Positions 36,229 through 46,032 are shown, counted from the first letter of the stretch. The stretch: DNA of 64,000 nt from Candidatus Omnitrophota bacterium (GCA_022709525.1 JAKLIQ010000002.1:262003-326002), one strand, 5' to 3'. Numbers and translations: made by a program. Notes: generated from the letters alone by a model not told the origin.

Positions 36229-37752
36229 CTATTTTCTCGGAAGGAATTTGGAGATCATCGCCGGAACTTCGGCGGGAAGAGAGCCGCGAAAAACAAGGGA
36301 AAGGCGCCGCTCGGTGATATCTTCGACCGTGCGGGCCATTTCGGTCTCGACGGAATAGACGATCTGCGCCTTGATGACGGGGGGATCGTTCAAGATCCTT
36401 TCTTTAAGAGAGGGGTCCTTTTGCGCGAGCGCAAGGACGTCGCGGTAACGCGCCCCGTAAAGATCCATCAGGAACTGAACCGGCTCTTTGGCGAGGCCGC
36501 AGCGCGCAGCCGCCGTCTCGGCGCTTTCCTGGACCGTTCCGCTGCCATAGATCTTGAACGTTTCTTTTTCATAAACTTTGTGGATGCGGTTCATGCAATC
36601 TTCGGCGACTTTCCGGTAAGTCGTGTATTTACCGCCGACCACGAAAATGACGCCGGAAGGCGCTTCATAAAAAAGGTGCTTGCGCGAAACCTTGCTTGCG
36701 GAACCGCCCTTGCGGATAAGCGGCCGGAGGGCCGCGAATGTCGCGATGATCTTATCGGGGCTGAGATCAAGCGAAGGAAAGATGCGCTTCGATTCGCGGA
36801 TAAGATACTCCAGGTCCCCCTGTTCGACCTTTACCCCGTCCGGGCTCACAATGTAATCGGTGTCTGTCGTGCCGATCAACGAATTCCCCATCCACGGGAT
36901 CAAAAAGAAAATGCGCCGGTCGCTTTGCGAACCCATCAAAACGGCGTGCTTGGAGATCTCGCCTTTATAAACGATGTGGATCCCTTTGGTGGTACGGACC
37001 TTCTTTTTTGCGGCGGGCGTATCAAGCCGGAGAAGCCCGTTCGTCCAGGGGCCCGCAGCGCAAATGACCCGCTTCGCGCGCACCTCAAATTCCTTGATGC
37101 CATGAAGATCGTGCGCCCGCACCCCCGCGACCCGGCCGTTCTCTTTGACGAATGAAACGACTTTGACGTAATTGGCGACATGCGCGCCGTACTGGGCCGC
37201 CATAAGGACGTTTTCAAGGCAAAGGCGCGCGTCATCCATTTGAGCGTCGTAATAAAGCACGCCGCCTTTCAACCCTTTCTGCTCGATGCCCGGTTCGAGT
37301 TTTATCACCTCTTCGCGGGTAAGGTTGCGGTGCGGCTTGATCCGGTAGTGGCCTGCCAAAAGATCGTAGAGAAAAACACCGAGGCGCATCATCCAAAGCG
37401 GCCGTTTGTCGCCTTCATAGACCGGGATCACGAACGGAAGCGCCTTCACAAGATGCGGCGCGACCTCAAGCTGGATGTGGCGCTCGCGAAGGGATTCGTA
37501 GACAAGATCGAATTCGAGATTTTCAAGGTAGCGGATGCCGCCATGGATCAGTTTGGTGGATTTGCTTGAGGTGCCGCTCGCGAAATCGCCTTTTTCAAGA
37601 AGCGCGACCTTCATGCCGCGCTTGGCCGCGAGATGCGCGATGGCGGCCCCGTTGATCCCGCCGCCGATCACAAGAAGATCATAGACCGTCCGCTTGAAAC
37701 GCTCGATATCGCGGATCACGGAAGCATCGTCCGCCGGACGGCCCTCAGCCAT
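36229..37752 (-). CDS. glpD: FAD-dependent glycerol-3-phosphate dehydrogenase
   Basis: DLLVIGGGINGAAIAHLAAKRGMKVALLEKGDFASGTSSKSTKLIHGGIRYLE, matching the GlpD N-terminal FAD-binding region. 507 aa. Confidence 0.85.
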   Translation of the reverse strand: MAEGRPADDASVIRDIERFKRTVYDLLVIGGGINGAAIAHLAAKRGMKVALLEKGDFASGTSSKSTKLIHGGIRYLENLEFDLVYESLRERHIQLEVAPHLVKALPFVIPVYEGDKRPLWMMRLGVFLYDLLAGHYRIKPHRNLTREEVIKLEPGIEQKGLKGGVLYYDAQMDDARLCLENVLMAAQYGAHVANYVKVVSFVKENGRVAGVRAHDLHGIKEFEVRAKRVICAAGPWTNGLLRLDTPAAKKKVRTTKGIHIVYKGEISKHAVLMGSQSDRRIFFLIPWMGNSLIGTTDTDYIVSPDGVKVEQGDLEYLIRESKRIFPSLDLSPDKIIATFAALRPLIRKGGSASKVSRKHLFYEAPSGVIFVVGGKYTTYRKVAEDCMNRIHKVYEKETFKIYGSGTVQESAETAAARCGLAKEPVQFLMDLYGARYRDVLALAQKDPSLKERILNDPPVIKAQIVYSVETEMARTVEDITERRLSLVFRGSLPAEVPAMISKFLPRK

Positions 37753-39212
37753 CCTTTATAAAGCCTGGAACGCACTGCGGGATTCATGGAGGGAACAAAC
37801 ATGCGGTCGATCCGGTGTTGTTTTTTGAGATCGTGGCTCTTTTCCCAAAGCCCCATCGTCACGCCGGCCAAGTGCGCGACCCCGCGCGCCGTCAGCTCGA
37901 TGATCTTAGGGCGGAAGATCCTGGCTTTCAAAATATCGGCTTGGAATTGCATCAGTAGATTATTTTTGCAGGCGCCACCGTCCACTTTGAGCTCCCGGAT
38001 CGGCCGGCCGAACGCTTTTTGCATGATGTCGAAGACATCGCGCGTCTGATAGGCGATCGACTCCAGGCAAGCGCGAATGAGATGCGCTGCGCTTGTTCCC
38101 CGCGTGATGCCGGCGATCAAGCCTCGCGCATCGCTTTTCCAGTAAGGCGCTCCCAATCCGACAAAAGCGGGCACGACATAAACCCCGCCCGTATCTTTCA
38201 AGTCCCCGATCGCTTTTTCGGTATCCGAAGAATTTTTGATCACGCGAAGGCCATCACGCAGCCACTGAACGACCGCTCCCGCGATAAAGACCGATCCTTC
38301 CAGCGCGTAAACGGGCCTTCCTTTGAAATCGCAGGCAAGCGTCGTCAGGAGCCCGTCCTTGGATGTAATGAGTTTTTTGCCCGTGTTAAGCACAATAAAA
38401 CAACCGGTCCCGTAAGTGTTCTTGCTTGCGCCGGCTTCGTAACAACCTTGGCCATAAAGCGCCGCCTGCTGGTCCCCCATCACCCCCGCGATCGGGATCC
38501 CTGCAGGAAGCCCCGCGATGTTTTGCGTTGTCCCGAAAATAGAACCGGAAGGACGAAGTTCGGGAAGAACTTTGGCGGACGCGCCGAAGATCCTTAAAAG
38601 TTTCGGGTCCCATTTTTTTGTCCGGATATTGAGAAGCAGCGTGCGGGAAGCGTTCGTAAGGTCCGTCACATGCGAACGGCCGCCCGTGAGCTTCCAGATA
38701 AGCCAGCTGTCGATCGTTCCGAACGCGATATGGCCTTTGGCTGCGCGCGCGCGAAGCCCCGGCACATGGTCAAGCAGCCACCGGACCTTGGTGCCCGAAA
38801 AATAAGGGTCCAAAACAAGGCCTGTGTGCCGGTGAATATAAGGTTCGTGTCTTTTGAGTTTGCGGCAAAGATCCGCCGTGCGGCGGCACTGCCAGACGAT
38901 CGCGCGGTGAACGGGCCTTGAGGTCTTACGATCCCACAGGACCGTGGTTTCGCGCTGGTTGGTGATCCCGATCGCGAGGATCTCGCCGGGGCGGACCCCG
39001 CTTTTTTTCACCGTCTGCCGGATCACAGCTTCACACGAACGCCAGATCTCCGAAGCATCGTGTTCCACCCAGCCGGGTTTCGGAAAATATTGTTTAAATT
39101 CGCGGTAGGCGCTTGCAACGGCCCTGCCCGCCGCGTCAAAAAGAATGGCGCGCGAACCCGTGGTCCCCTGATCGATCGCGAGGATATGTTTTTTTATCTT
39201 CGTTCCCACCAT
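37716..39212 (-). CDS. glpK: glycerol kinase
   Basis: FGGY-kinase signature and high GlpK similarity throughout (ILAIDQGTTGSRAILFD...). ATG at 39212-39210. Confidence 0.9.
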   Translation of the reverse strand: MVGTKIKKHILAIDQGTTGSRAILFDAAGRAVASAYREFKQYFPKPGWVEHDASEIWRSCEAVIRQTVKKSGVRPGEILAIGITNQRETTVLWDRKTSRPVHRAIVWQCRRTADLCRKLKRHEPYIHRHTGLVLDPYFSGTKVRWLLDHVPGLRARAAKGHIAFGTIDSWLIWKLTGGRSHVTDLTNASRTLLLNIRTKKWDPKLLRIFGASAKVLPELRPSGSIFGTTQNIAGLPAGIPIAGVMGDQQAALYGQGCYEAGASKNTYGTGCFIVLNTGKKLITSKDGLLTTLACDFKGRPVYALEGSVFIAGAVVQWLRDGLRVIKNSSDTEKAIGDLKDTGGVYVVPAFVGLGAPYWKSDARGLIAGITRGTSAAHLIRACLESIAYQTRDVFDIMQKAFGRPIRELKVDGGACKNNLLMQFQADILKARIFRPKIIELTARGVAHLAGVTMGLWEKSHDLKKQHRIDRMFVPSMNPAVRSRLYKGWLRAVRRTMLP

Positions 39213-39266
39213 TTCACACCCCGGGTGTGTGGAACCATTTCACACACCCGGGGTGTGAAATGGTTC
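39208..39266. promoter_or_regulatory. nested direct + inverted repeat element overlapping the glpK start codon and filling the cdaA-glpK gap
   Basis: Perfect 14-bp arms gaaccatttcacac / gtgtgaaatggttc around ACCCGGG (39232-39266). There is also a direct repeat of ccatttcacac(ac)ccggg(g)tgtg at 39209-39229 and 39235-39257. Confidence 0.4.
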
Positions 39267-39275
39267 AGCTGAAAC

Positions 39276-40064
39276 TTACGTCAGATCGTCCAGCACTTTA
39301 GTCGTCACGATAAAATTGGCGTTCTTCAGGCGCAGGATGTTCTTGCCTTTGAGTACCCACTGCAACGTTTTCAAAAATTCCGTGCGATCCGCGATATGGA
39401 CCAGGCAACCGCGATAAGCGATGCTGACCTGGCCGCGTTCTTCGGAAACGACCAGCGCGATCGCGTCGGTTTTTTCGGTGATCCCGATCGCGGCGCGGTG
39501 GCGCGTACCGAAACTCGGCGCAAGGTCCGTCAGGGCGGCGAGCGGAAGGATCCCTTTAACGGCTTGGATGCGGCCTTTGTGAACGATCAACGCCCCGTCA
39601 TGGACAGGAGAAGAGGTCAGGAACAGAGGGACCAGGATCTCAGCTTTGATCTCGCCGTCGAAGGGCATCCCGCCCTTCAGGAAGGGACGAAGCGGCTGTT
39701 TCCGCTGCAGGACGATCAGCGCGCCCACCTTACGCGACGCCATCCGCTCCACGGCCAGCCAGATCTCGAGAAGATAGTGCGGAAGCTGCGGTATTTTCCT
39801 GAAAAGATTGCCCACAAGCTCGCCGAACCACAAAGCCCCGGCAATGAGCATGTCCGCACAAAGCAACCCGCCGGCAACGGCCAAAAAGGCCGTGCCGGTC
39901 AGGCGGATCAGTCCCGGATCGACCGGCGGCGCGGCAAAGAAGAGCGCTCCCCAAAGACAAAATAGGCCGACCAGGTATTTTAAAGAGGCGCGAAGCCAGA
40001 AAACCTTGAGTGGGTAAAGAAAATAGCCGAGCGCGATCGCCGCGGCCGCAACGGTAATGAACAT
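39276..40064 (-). CDS. cdaA: diadenylate cyclase (c-di-AMP synthase, CdaA type)
   Basis: Three N-terminal TM segments and a DAC domain with DGA and GTRHRAAIGITEKTDAIALVVSEERGQVS motifs. Start at internal ATG 40064. Confidence 0.8.
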   Translation of the reverse strand: MFITVAAAAIALGYFLYPLKVFWLRASLKYLVGLFCLWGALFFAAPPVDPGLIRLTGTAFLAVAGGLLCADMLIAGALWFGELVGNLFRKIPQLPHYLLEIWLAVERMASRKVGALIVLQRKQPLRPFLKGGMPFDGEIKAEILVPLFLTSSPVHDGALIVHKGRIQAVKGILPLAALTDLAPSFGTRHRAAIGITEKTDAIALVVSEERGQVSIAYRGCLVHIADRTEFLKTLQWVLKGKNILRLKNANFIVTTKVLDDLT

Positions 40065-40202
40065 ATTCTCCCCTCTGAAAGGTTGTTGATCCTTCAATAT
40101 AGTTACGGCTATTGGGGATTTTAATGAAGTGCGGCGCGCCATGCGCAACGGCCGGCGCGCAACGAATTGACCCCGAGTTTTTTGTTGCGCGCCGCGCGAC
40201 GT

Positions 40203-41096
40203 TCAGGCCGTCTTGCGAACAATGAGCTTGGGAAGATACCGTTTGTGAACGGGACGGGAGTCCGGACGCCGGGCTTTACGGATCAGAATGTCGACGGCGT
40301 CTTTTCCCATTTGGATAAGCGGCTGGTGGACGGTCGTAAGCGGCGGACAAGATTTTTTCGCGCGCTTGTTATCATCAAACCCGATAATTGCGACATCCTG
40401 CGGCGCGCGCTTCCCGGTCTTACGAATCGCCTTAAGCGCGCCGAACGCGAGGTCGTCATTCCCGCAAAGGATCGCCTCAGGAAGCGCCTTCCCCCGAAGC
40501 CATTCTTGCATGACCCTTTCCCCTTCTGATTCGGTATTCGCCAGGCCCGCGCGGATCCATTTTTGATTAATAGGAATTTTTTTGGATCTGAGAGTTTTCA
40601 AAAAACCTTCCCGCTTAAGCCGCGTATCAATAAAGGGGACTCGCGTTATTTTTTTTCCTGTTTTGAAAGCAACGGACATCGGCCCATGCAGCATGCCGAT
40701 CCGCCGGAGGCCTTTTTTTATAAGATGCGACACAGCTTGCCGTATGCCGGCATCCGTATCGGTAGAGACGAGGTTAACGCGAAGGCCCGGAACGGGGTCG
40801 TTGACGACAAGCACTTGGGGATGGCGCGTTTTTTCGATGAGGCGGACGATCGACGGATGGATCCAACGCCAGGTCAGGATCAAAAGCCCGTCTAATTGAT
40901 GGTGTTTGAGGATCTGATCCAGACTTTGATAAGGACAGGACGGCATCATGATGACCTTCAGCTGTCCTTTGAACGCTTTCAGGCGGGGCCGGATGCCGGC
41001 AAGAAGCCCGAGATGGTAGGAAGAACGGAAAATACCCTTCGCCGGCGTGGTCAGGATACCTAAAACAAAGCGGGATCTTTTGAAGCCCTTCTTCAC
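40203..41096 (-). CDS. LacI/periplasmic-binding-protein-type ligand-binding domain protein lacking an N-terminal HTH
   Basis: Peripla_BP_3-like core (ILCGNDDLAFGALKAIRKTGKRAPQDVAIIGFDD) but the N-terminus (MKKGFKRSRFVLG...) has no helix-turn-helix. Confidence 0.55.
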   Translation of the reverse strand: MKKGFKRSRFVLGILTTPAKGIFRSSYHLGLLAGIRPRLKAFKGQLKVIMMPSCPYQSLDQILKHHQLDGLLILTWRWIHPSIVRLIEKTRHPQVLVVNDPVPGLRVNLVSTDTDAGIRQAVSHLIKKGLRRIGMLHGPMSVAFKTGKKITRVPFIDTRLKREGFLKTLRSKKIPINQKWIRAGLANTESEGERVMQEWLRGKALPEAILCGNDDLAFGALKAIRKTGKRAPQDVAIIGFDDNKRAKKSCPPLTTVHQPLIQMGKDAVDILIRKARRPDSRPVHKRYLPKLIVRKTA

Positions 41097-41449
41097 GCAC
41101 CCGCCTCGGCGACCTCGATGGAAACGGCTTTCCAGACATCGTTGGGTTCGTCGTACCGGGCCTCGATCGTGACGTCATCGTTCTGGCGGATATCCTTCAA
41201 GGACTCAACGCCGGAGAAAACGGTGGCATCATCGATCAGGATCTCTACCCTTTCCTCGGCTTCCGTGATCGGGTCGATCTCGCTGATTATGACCGTCCTG
41301 GTTTTTAAATCGACCTTTTTGACTTCGCCGTCAAACCATTCCGCGCGAGCCGCGACCAGAAATGGGAGCATCAACGCAAGGAGTAGGATGAACGTTTTGG
41401 AAGTTTTCATGGTCTTTTTCCTAAAAACGCTGAGGTTAAAAACTGACAA
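41093..41449 (-). CDS. small secreted hypothetical protein
   Basis: Signal-peptide-like MKTSKTFILLLALMLPFLVAARA. Its stop overlaps the downstream gene start by 4 nt. Confidence 0.4.
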   Translation of the reverse strand: MSVFNLSVFRKKTMKTSKTFILLLALMLPFLVAARAEWFDGEVKKVDLKTRTVIISEIDPITEAEERVEILIDDATVFSGVESLKDIRQNDDVTIEARYDEPNDVWKAVSIEVAEAGA

Positions 41450-41479
41450 ACTCTGAGGGATAGGATACCCAAAAAAGAG

Positions 41480-43207
41480 CTAGCCGACAATCAATAAATG
41501 GCAATCCCTGCGAAGGTTATGCGCTAGCGTGCGGAGGACGTCGCCGCGCAACAAATTAATGAGGGCGCTGCGTTTTGTGGCGCCGATCGCGACGGTTTTA
41601 ACATCAAGATCCTGGGCCGCGCGGGCGATCAGCCGCCCGGGGCTCTCCCCGATCTGCCAGATCGGAACAGCCGTGATCCCGTGTTTTTCCATCTCACCTT
41701 GCGCTTTGGCAAGCACTTCCACGGACTCCCGCGACGGCTCGAGTTCCGTCGGCAGCTCGGGAGACGGCGGCGTTTCTTCAACATAGTTCAAATAAACCGA
41801 ATTCTCTCCCATGGCCTTAACGTGAAGCGCGGCCTCTTGAAGCAGTACGGGATTGAAGGATTTAAGCGCCACAAGAGCCGAGCTTTTATAAAGCGACGCG
41901 AGCTCTTTTGCTTCCGCGACGGTCAGCACGTTCACCTCGGAAGCCAGCTCGGGCATCGGCGCCAAGGCGATCTTTTTCGCGGCGTGCCGCAAGGCAAAGC
42001 CGGTTCCCAAAATGATCAATGCAAAGAAAAGAGCATCCCGTTTTTCAATTGCGATCGTTAGCTCGATAAAAATCGTGATAACGGCGCAAACGGCCAGAAG
42101 AACGCGCTCCCAAACTTTAAGCCGCACTGAAAAATTTGTGGCGCTCGTGGCAAGATTAAGCGCGATCGCCCCGACTACACCGATCGCGTAAAGTGCGGCA
42201 AGGTGCATAATGTCGCGCTCTATAATAAGCACAATAACAGGAACCGCCGTCGCAACGATCAGGGAGAACCAGGGCATTCCAAAACGGTTCAGTTTTAAAA
42301 AAATCGGAGGTAGCTCTCTGTCTTTGGCAAGCGTGAATTGAATGCTTACCATGGCGGAAATAGCCGTATTTCCTGCCGAAAGAAGAAGGAATCCGAAAGC
42401 GATGGAAATGAGTTTTCCATACCAGGGACCGATGAAGTGGTTTCCGAGAGCGCGAAGCATGTCTTCGGTGTGCCCGGTCAGCCCGGGAATCGCATTCATC
42501 GCCAAACCTAGAAGAAAGGTCAGAATCGAAACTTCAATTAGCACCGGTACAATCGCGCGGCGGGAAGTCTTCCCGACCGGCTCCACCATAATACCCGTCA
42601 TATTCGCGATCGCTTCGACGCCGGAAATGGCCAAAATGATCCCCACGAACGTCGCCCAGTTTCGCCCCCAATTTAAAGCGGGTAGTTGCAATTCGACATG
42701 CTTTAAATGAGGGACCGTGAAAACAAAAAGAATGATCGCAGCCAACGAGGCAAAAACGGCGATCGCGGCCGCAATGTTGCCTCCTTTGGAAGGGCCAACC
42801 CAGTTAAGAAGCCCTATGAAAAGAATGGTCCCGATAGCCCAAAGTTCCGGATTTGCCACATTGAAATAGTGAAAAGCGTCAAGCACGCTAAGGGCGACTG
42901 TGACTACAAAATTTGCGAAAAGCAAGAAAGCGCCGATCACGGCAAGGGTTTGGGAGCGTTGTTTTACCGAAGAGTAGACGCCGCCGCCGTCGGGGTAGCT
43001 GCGGCAAATGATCGTGTAGCAGACCCCGACCAGCGCCACAAGAAGGGACATGAACCCGAGGAAGAACCAGGAAGCGTGCCCGGCCAGGGCAAAAGCGATA
43101 CCGAGCACATAGGCCTTGCTTGTGCCCCAGTCGCCGTAGAGCATGGCGCCGGCTTGGTACCATTTGAGTTCACGGGGCCGTTCGACCCGTTTGATCATGA
43201 CTGCCAT
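41480..43207 (-). CDS. APC-family amino-acid/polyamine permease fused to a C-terminal universal-stress-protein (UspA) domain
   Basis: About 12 TM segments with an APC-like topology, then a ~140-aa Usp-like alpha/beta domain (VKTVAIGATKRSALINLLRGDVLRTLAH..CHLLIV). Confidence 0.7.
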   Translation of the reverse strand: MAVMIKRVERPRELKWYQAGAMLYGDWGTSKAYVLGIAFALAGHASWFFLGFMSLLVALVGVCYTIICRSYPDGGGVYSSVKQRSQTLAVIGAFLLFANFVVTVALSVLDAFHYFNVANPELWAIGTILFIGLLNWVGPSKGGNIAAAIAVFASLAAIILFVFTVPHLKHVELQLPALNWGRNWATFVGIILAISGVEAIANMTGIMVEPVGKTSRRAIVPVLIEVSILTFLLGLAMNAIPGLTGHTEDMLRALGNHFIGPWYGKLISIAFGFLLLSAGNTAISAMVSIQFTLAKDRELPPIFLKLNRFGMPWFSLIVATAVPVIVLIIERDIMHLAALYAIGVVGAIALNLATSATNFSVRLKVWERVLLAVCAVITIFIELTIAIEKRDALFFALIILGTGFALRHAAKKIALAPMPELASEVNVLTVAEAKELASLYKSSALVALKSFNPVLLQEAALHVKAMGENSVYLNYVEETPPSPELPTELEPSRESVEVLAKAQGEMEKHGITAVPIWQIGESPGRLIARAAQDLDVKTVAIGATKRSALINLLRGDVLRTLAHNLRRDCHLLIVG

Positions 43208-43395
43208 ATGGGGCCCTAATATAGCAGAAGCGGAGAGACAATCAATAGACGCTTGTTTCTTTCATTTAGTATTTTTCCTCCGTTGGCATTAAATTTGGGT
43301 GGCATTTTTTTGTCTTTTTGATATCATAGGGCCCCATTCGAGATTCGTCCTCAAGAATTTCATCAACCTCAAAAATAAAAGATAATTATTAGCTG

Positions 43396-43511
43396 ACCCT
43401 CGAGGTGTTTTCCCCGAGGGAGTCATCCTGAGCGAAGCGAAGGATCTATTATTCTGGATCCTTCGGTAAAGTGCGCCTCAGGATGAGTGGGTCGGAGAAA
43501 ACTTCCCGACC
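43396..43511 (+). promoter_or_regulatory. highly structured 5' leader of hppA (three consecutive hairpins ending 24 nt before the SD)
   Basis: Hairpin 1: CCCTCG...CGAGGG (43398-43421). Hairpin 2 is nested: CATCCTGAG(cg)...CGCCTCAGGATG containing CGAAGGATC...GATCCTTCG (43424-43485). Hairpin 3: GGGTCGG...CCGACCC (43488-43511). Then GGAG and ATG at 43540. Confidence 0.35.
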
Positions 43512-43539
43512 CCTCAGTTACTAATTCGGCTGGAGACAT

Positions 43540-46020
43540 ATGAAAAAACTTTTTTCCCGATTCTTTCTTTTTAGCTCATTCTGCCTGTGGCAAACCGCTG
43601 CGTGGGCCAGCGAAGCGGATCTGAAGATCCCGGATCTTCACGAAGGCCGTTTTGACATGTTTGGCGGCCTCACGGGTTTTGAGATCCTTCTTTACGGTGC
43701 CCTCGTTATCCTAGGAACCGTCGGAGTTGCGCTTTTTCAGTTCTTGAGGGTCAAATCCCTTCCCGCGCATAAATCGATGCTCGACATCGCGGAGACGATC
43801 TTTCAAACCTGCAAGACCTACCTCAAGCAGCAGGTGAAGTTCCTTGCGATCCTGTTCGCGATCATCGCCTCTGCGATGAGTTATTACTTTGTAGGACTCA
43901 AGCACGAACCTCTGGCAACCTTGGGCCTGGTCCTCCTTTTTTCGGTCATTGGTATGGGGGGATCCGCTCTGGTTGCGTACTATGGGATCCGCATCAACAC
44001 CTATGCAAATGCCCGGACAGCTTTCGCCTCCTTGCGCGGAAAACCTTGGGATGTAGTCAATATCCCTTTGCGCTCGGGTATTTCCGTCGGCCTTTTCCTG
44101 ATCTCGGTCGAGTTGGTGATGATGGTGATCATCTTGCTCTTCGTGCCGCGCGAAATCGTGGGCTACTGCTTTTTGGGTTTTGCCATCGGAGAATCGCTCG
44201 GAGCAAGCGCTCTGAGGATCGCGGGTGGTATTTTCACCAAGATCGCCGATATCGGCTCGGACCTCATGAAGATCGTTTTTAATGTCAAAGAGGATGATCC
44301 GCGCAATCCCGGCGTTATCGCCGACTGCACGGGCGATAACGCGGGCGATTCGGTAGGGCCGACCGCCGACGGTTTCGAGACCTACGGCGTGACCGGCGTC
44401 GCGCTTATTTCGTTCATCACCCTCGCGATCAAAGATCCTTCGCTTCAGGCAAAGCTCATCGTCTGGATCTTCGCCATGCGCTTTTTGATGGATTTCATGT
44501 CGGGAGCCGCCTATTTCATCAATCAGGCTATTTCCGAGCGTAAGTACAAGGGCCTGAAGGAATTCGATTTCGAAGAGCCGCTCACGCGCCTGATCAAGAT
44601 TGCTTCAGTCCTCTGCATCTCCACTTCCTACGGAATGTCGTACCTGCTTGTAGGTGATCTTCCCGACCCGACGCTCTGGTGGAAACTTGCCTCAATCATC
44701 ACTTGCGGAACTTTGGCGGCCTACCTCATTCCTGAATTCACCAAGATCTTCACTTCTTCCCACTCGAAGCATGTTCAAGAGATCGTCATCGCTTCACGCG
44801 AAGGCGGAGCGTCGTTGACGATCCTTTCGGGCCTCGTGGCAGGATACTTCTCGGCTTTTTGGAAGGGCATCCTTATCGTGGGCCTGATGTTCGGGGCCTA
44901 CCTGATCGCGGGAATGGGGCTCCAGAACATCATGCCTCACGCCTCTATTTTCGCTTTCGGCCTTGTGGCTTACGGCTTTCTCTGTATGGGCCCCGTCAAT
45001 ATCGCGGTGGATTCTTACGGACCGGTCACAGACAACGCCCAATCGATCTTTGAACTCGCTCAGACAGAATCGATCCCCGGGATCGAAAAAGAGATCGAAA
45101 AAGATTTCGGATTTAGACCCGACTTCAAAATAGGAAAACATTACCTTGAAGCCAATGACTCGGCCGGGAATACTTTCAAAGCGACGGCCAAGCCCGTGCT
45201 GATCGGGACCGCCGTTGCCGGGGCGACCACCATGATCTTTTCGATCATCCTGCTTCTCCAGGAACACCTTCAATCTGCAGCGATCGCCGCGGCGGCAGGC
45301 GGGTTCGTTCCGGAAAATATCGGCCAAATCTTATTAAACGAAAAAGAGTCGCTCACGGCCGCGCCGATCCTCTTGGGAATTCTCTGCGGCGGCGCCGTGA
45401 TCTTTTGGTTCTGCGGTGCTTCCATTCAAGCTGTAGCCACAGGGGCCTACTCCGCCGTCGAGTACATCAAGAAAAACTTCAACCTCGACAAGAAGGAAGC
45501 TAATCGCGCGGATTCGATCAAGGTTGTGCAGATCTGTACCGAGTACGCCCAAAAAGGGATGTGGAATATTTTCGTGGGGCTCCTTATGCTCACGCTCGCC
45601 TTTGCGATGTTCGATCCCTATTTCTTCATTGCCTACCTCATCGCCATCGCCGCCTTCGGGCTTTTTCAGGCGATGTTCATGGCCAATGCAGGCGGTTCGT
45701 GGGATAACGCGAAAAAAGTTGTTGAGGTTGATCTGAGAGAGAAGGGCACGCCGCTTCATGCCGCAACCGTCATTGGCGACACGGTGGGAGATCCCTTCAA
45801 AGACACCACTTCAGTCTCGCTCAATCCTATCATTAAGTTCTCAACGCTCTTCGGTATGCTTGCCGTCGAGATCGCGATCAAGATGAACCCAACCACTACC
45901 ACCATTAGCGGAGCGGTCTTCTTTATTGCGGGGCTGTATTTTGTCTGGAGATCTTTTTACAAAATGCGGATCCCGCAGCTGAAGGTCCCGCTCGCGACAG
46001 AAAAAGCGGTCATTGTATAG
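43540..46020 (+). CDS. hppA: membrane-bound proton/sodium-translocating pyrophosphatase
   Basis: 826 aa, about 16 TM segments, and V-PPase motifs (DCTGDNAGDSVGPTADGFETYG, GGSWDNAKK). The N-terminal signal-like extension is as in the ORF track. Confidence 0.9.
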   Translation: MKKLFSRFFLFSSFCLWQTAAWASEADLKIPDLHEGRFDMFGGLTGFEILLYGALVILGTVGVALFQFLRVKSLPAHKSMLDIAETIFQTCKTYLKQQVKFLAILFAIIASAMSYYFVGLKHEPLATLGLVLLFSVIGMGGSALVAYYGIRINTYANARTAFASLRGKPWDVVNIPLRSGISVGLFLISVELVMMVIILLFVPREIVGYCFLGFAIGESLGASALRIAGGIFTKIADIGSDLMKIVFNVKEDDPRNPGVIADCTGDNAGDSVGPTADGFETYGVTGVALISFITLAIKDPSLQAKLIVWIFAMRFLMDFMSGAAYFINQAISERKYKGLKEFDFEEPLTRLIKIASVLCISTSYGMSYLLVGDLPDPTLWWKLASIITCGTLAAYLIPEFTKIFTSSHSKHVQEIVIASREGGASLTILSGLVAGYFSAFWKGILIVGLMFGAYLIAGMGLQNIMPHASIFAFGLVAYGFLCMGPVNIAVDSYGPVTDNAQSIFELAQTESIPGIEKEIEKDFGFRPDFKIGKHYLEANDSAGNTFKATAKPVLIGTAVAGATTMIFSIILLLQEHLQSAAIAAAAGGFVPENIGQILLNEKESLTAAPILLGILCGGAVIFWFCGASIQAVATGAYSAVEYIKKNFNLDKKEANRADSIKVVQICTEYAQKGMWNIFVGLLMLTLAFAMFDPYFFIAYLIAIAAFGLFQAMFMANAGGSWDNAKKVVEVDLREKGTPLHAATVIGDTVGDPFKDTTSVSLNPIIKFSTLFGMLAVEIAIKMNPTTTTISGAVFFIAGLYFVWRSFYKMRIPQLKVPLATEKAVIV

Positions 46021-46032
46021 AGAGCTCTCATT

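Noticed and set aside
39208-39266. Possible CRP/FNR-type site (TGTGA-N6-TCACA) in the glpK palindrome
   Set aside because: The best arrangements are TGTGG-N7-TCACA or TGTGA-N6-TCCACA. Spacing or half-site is off, so I report it only as a generic palindromic element.
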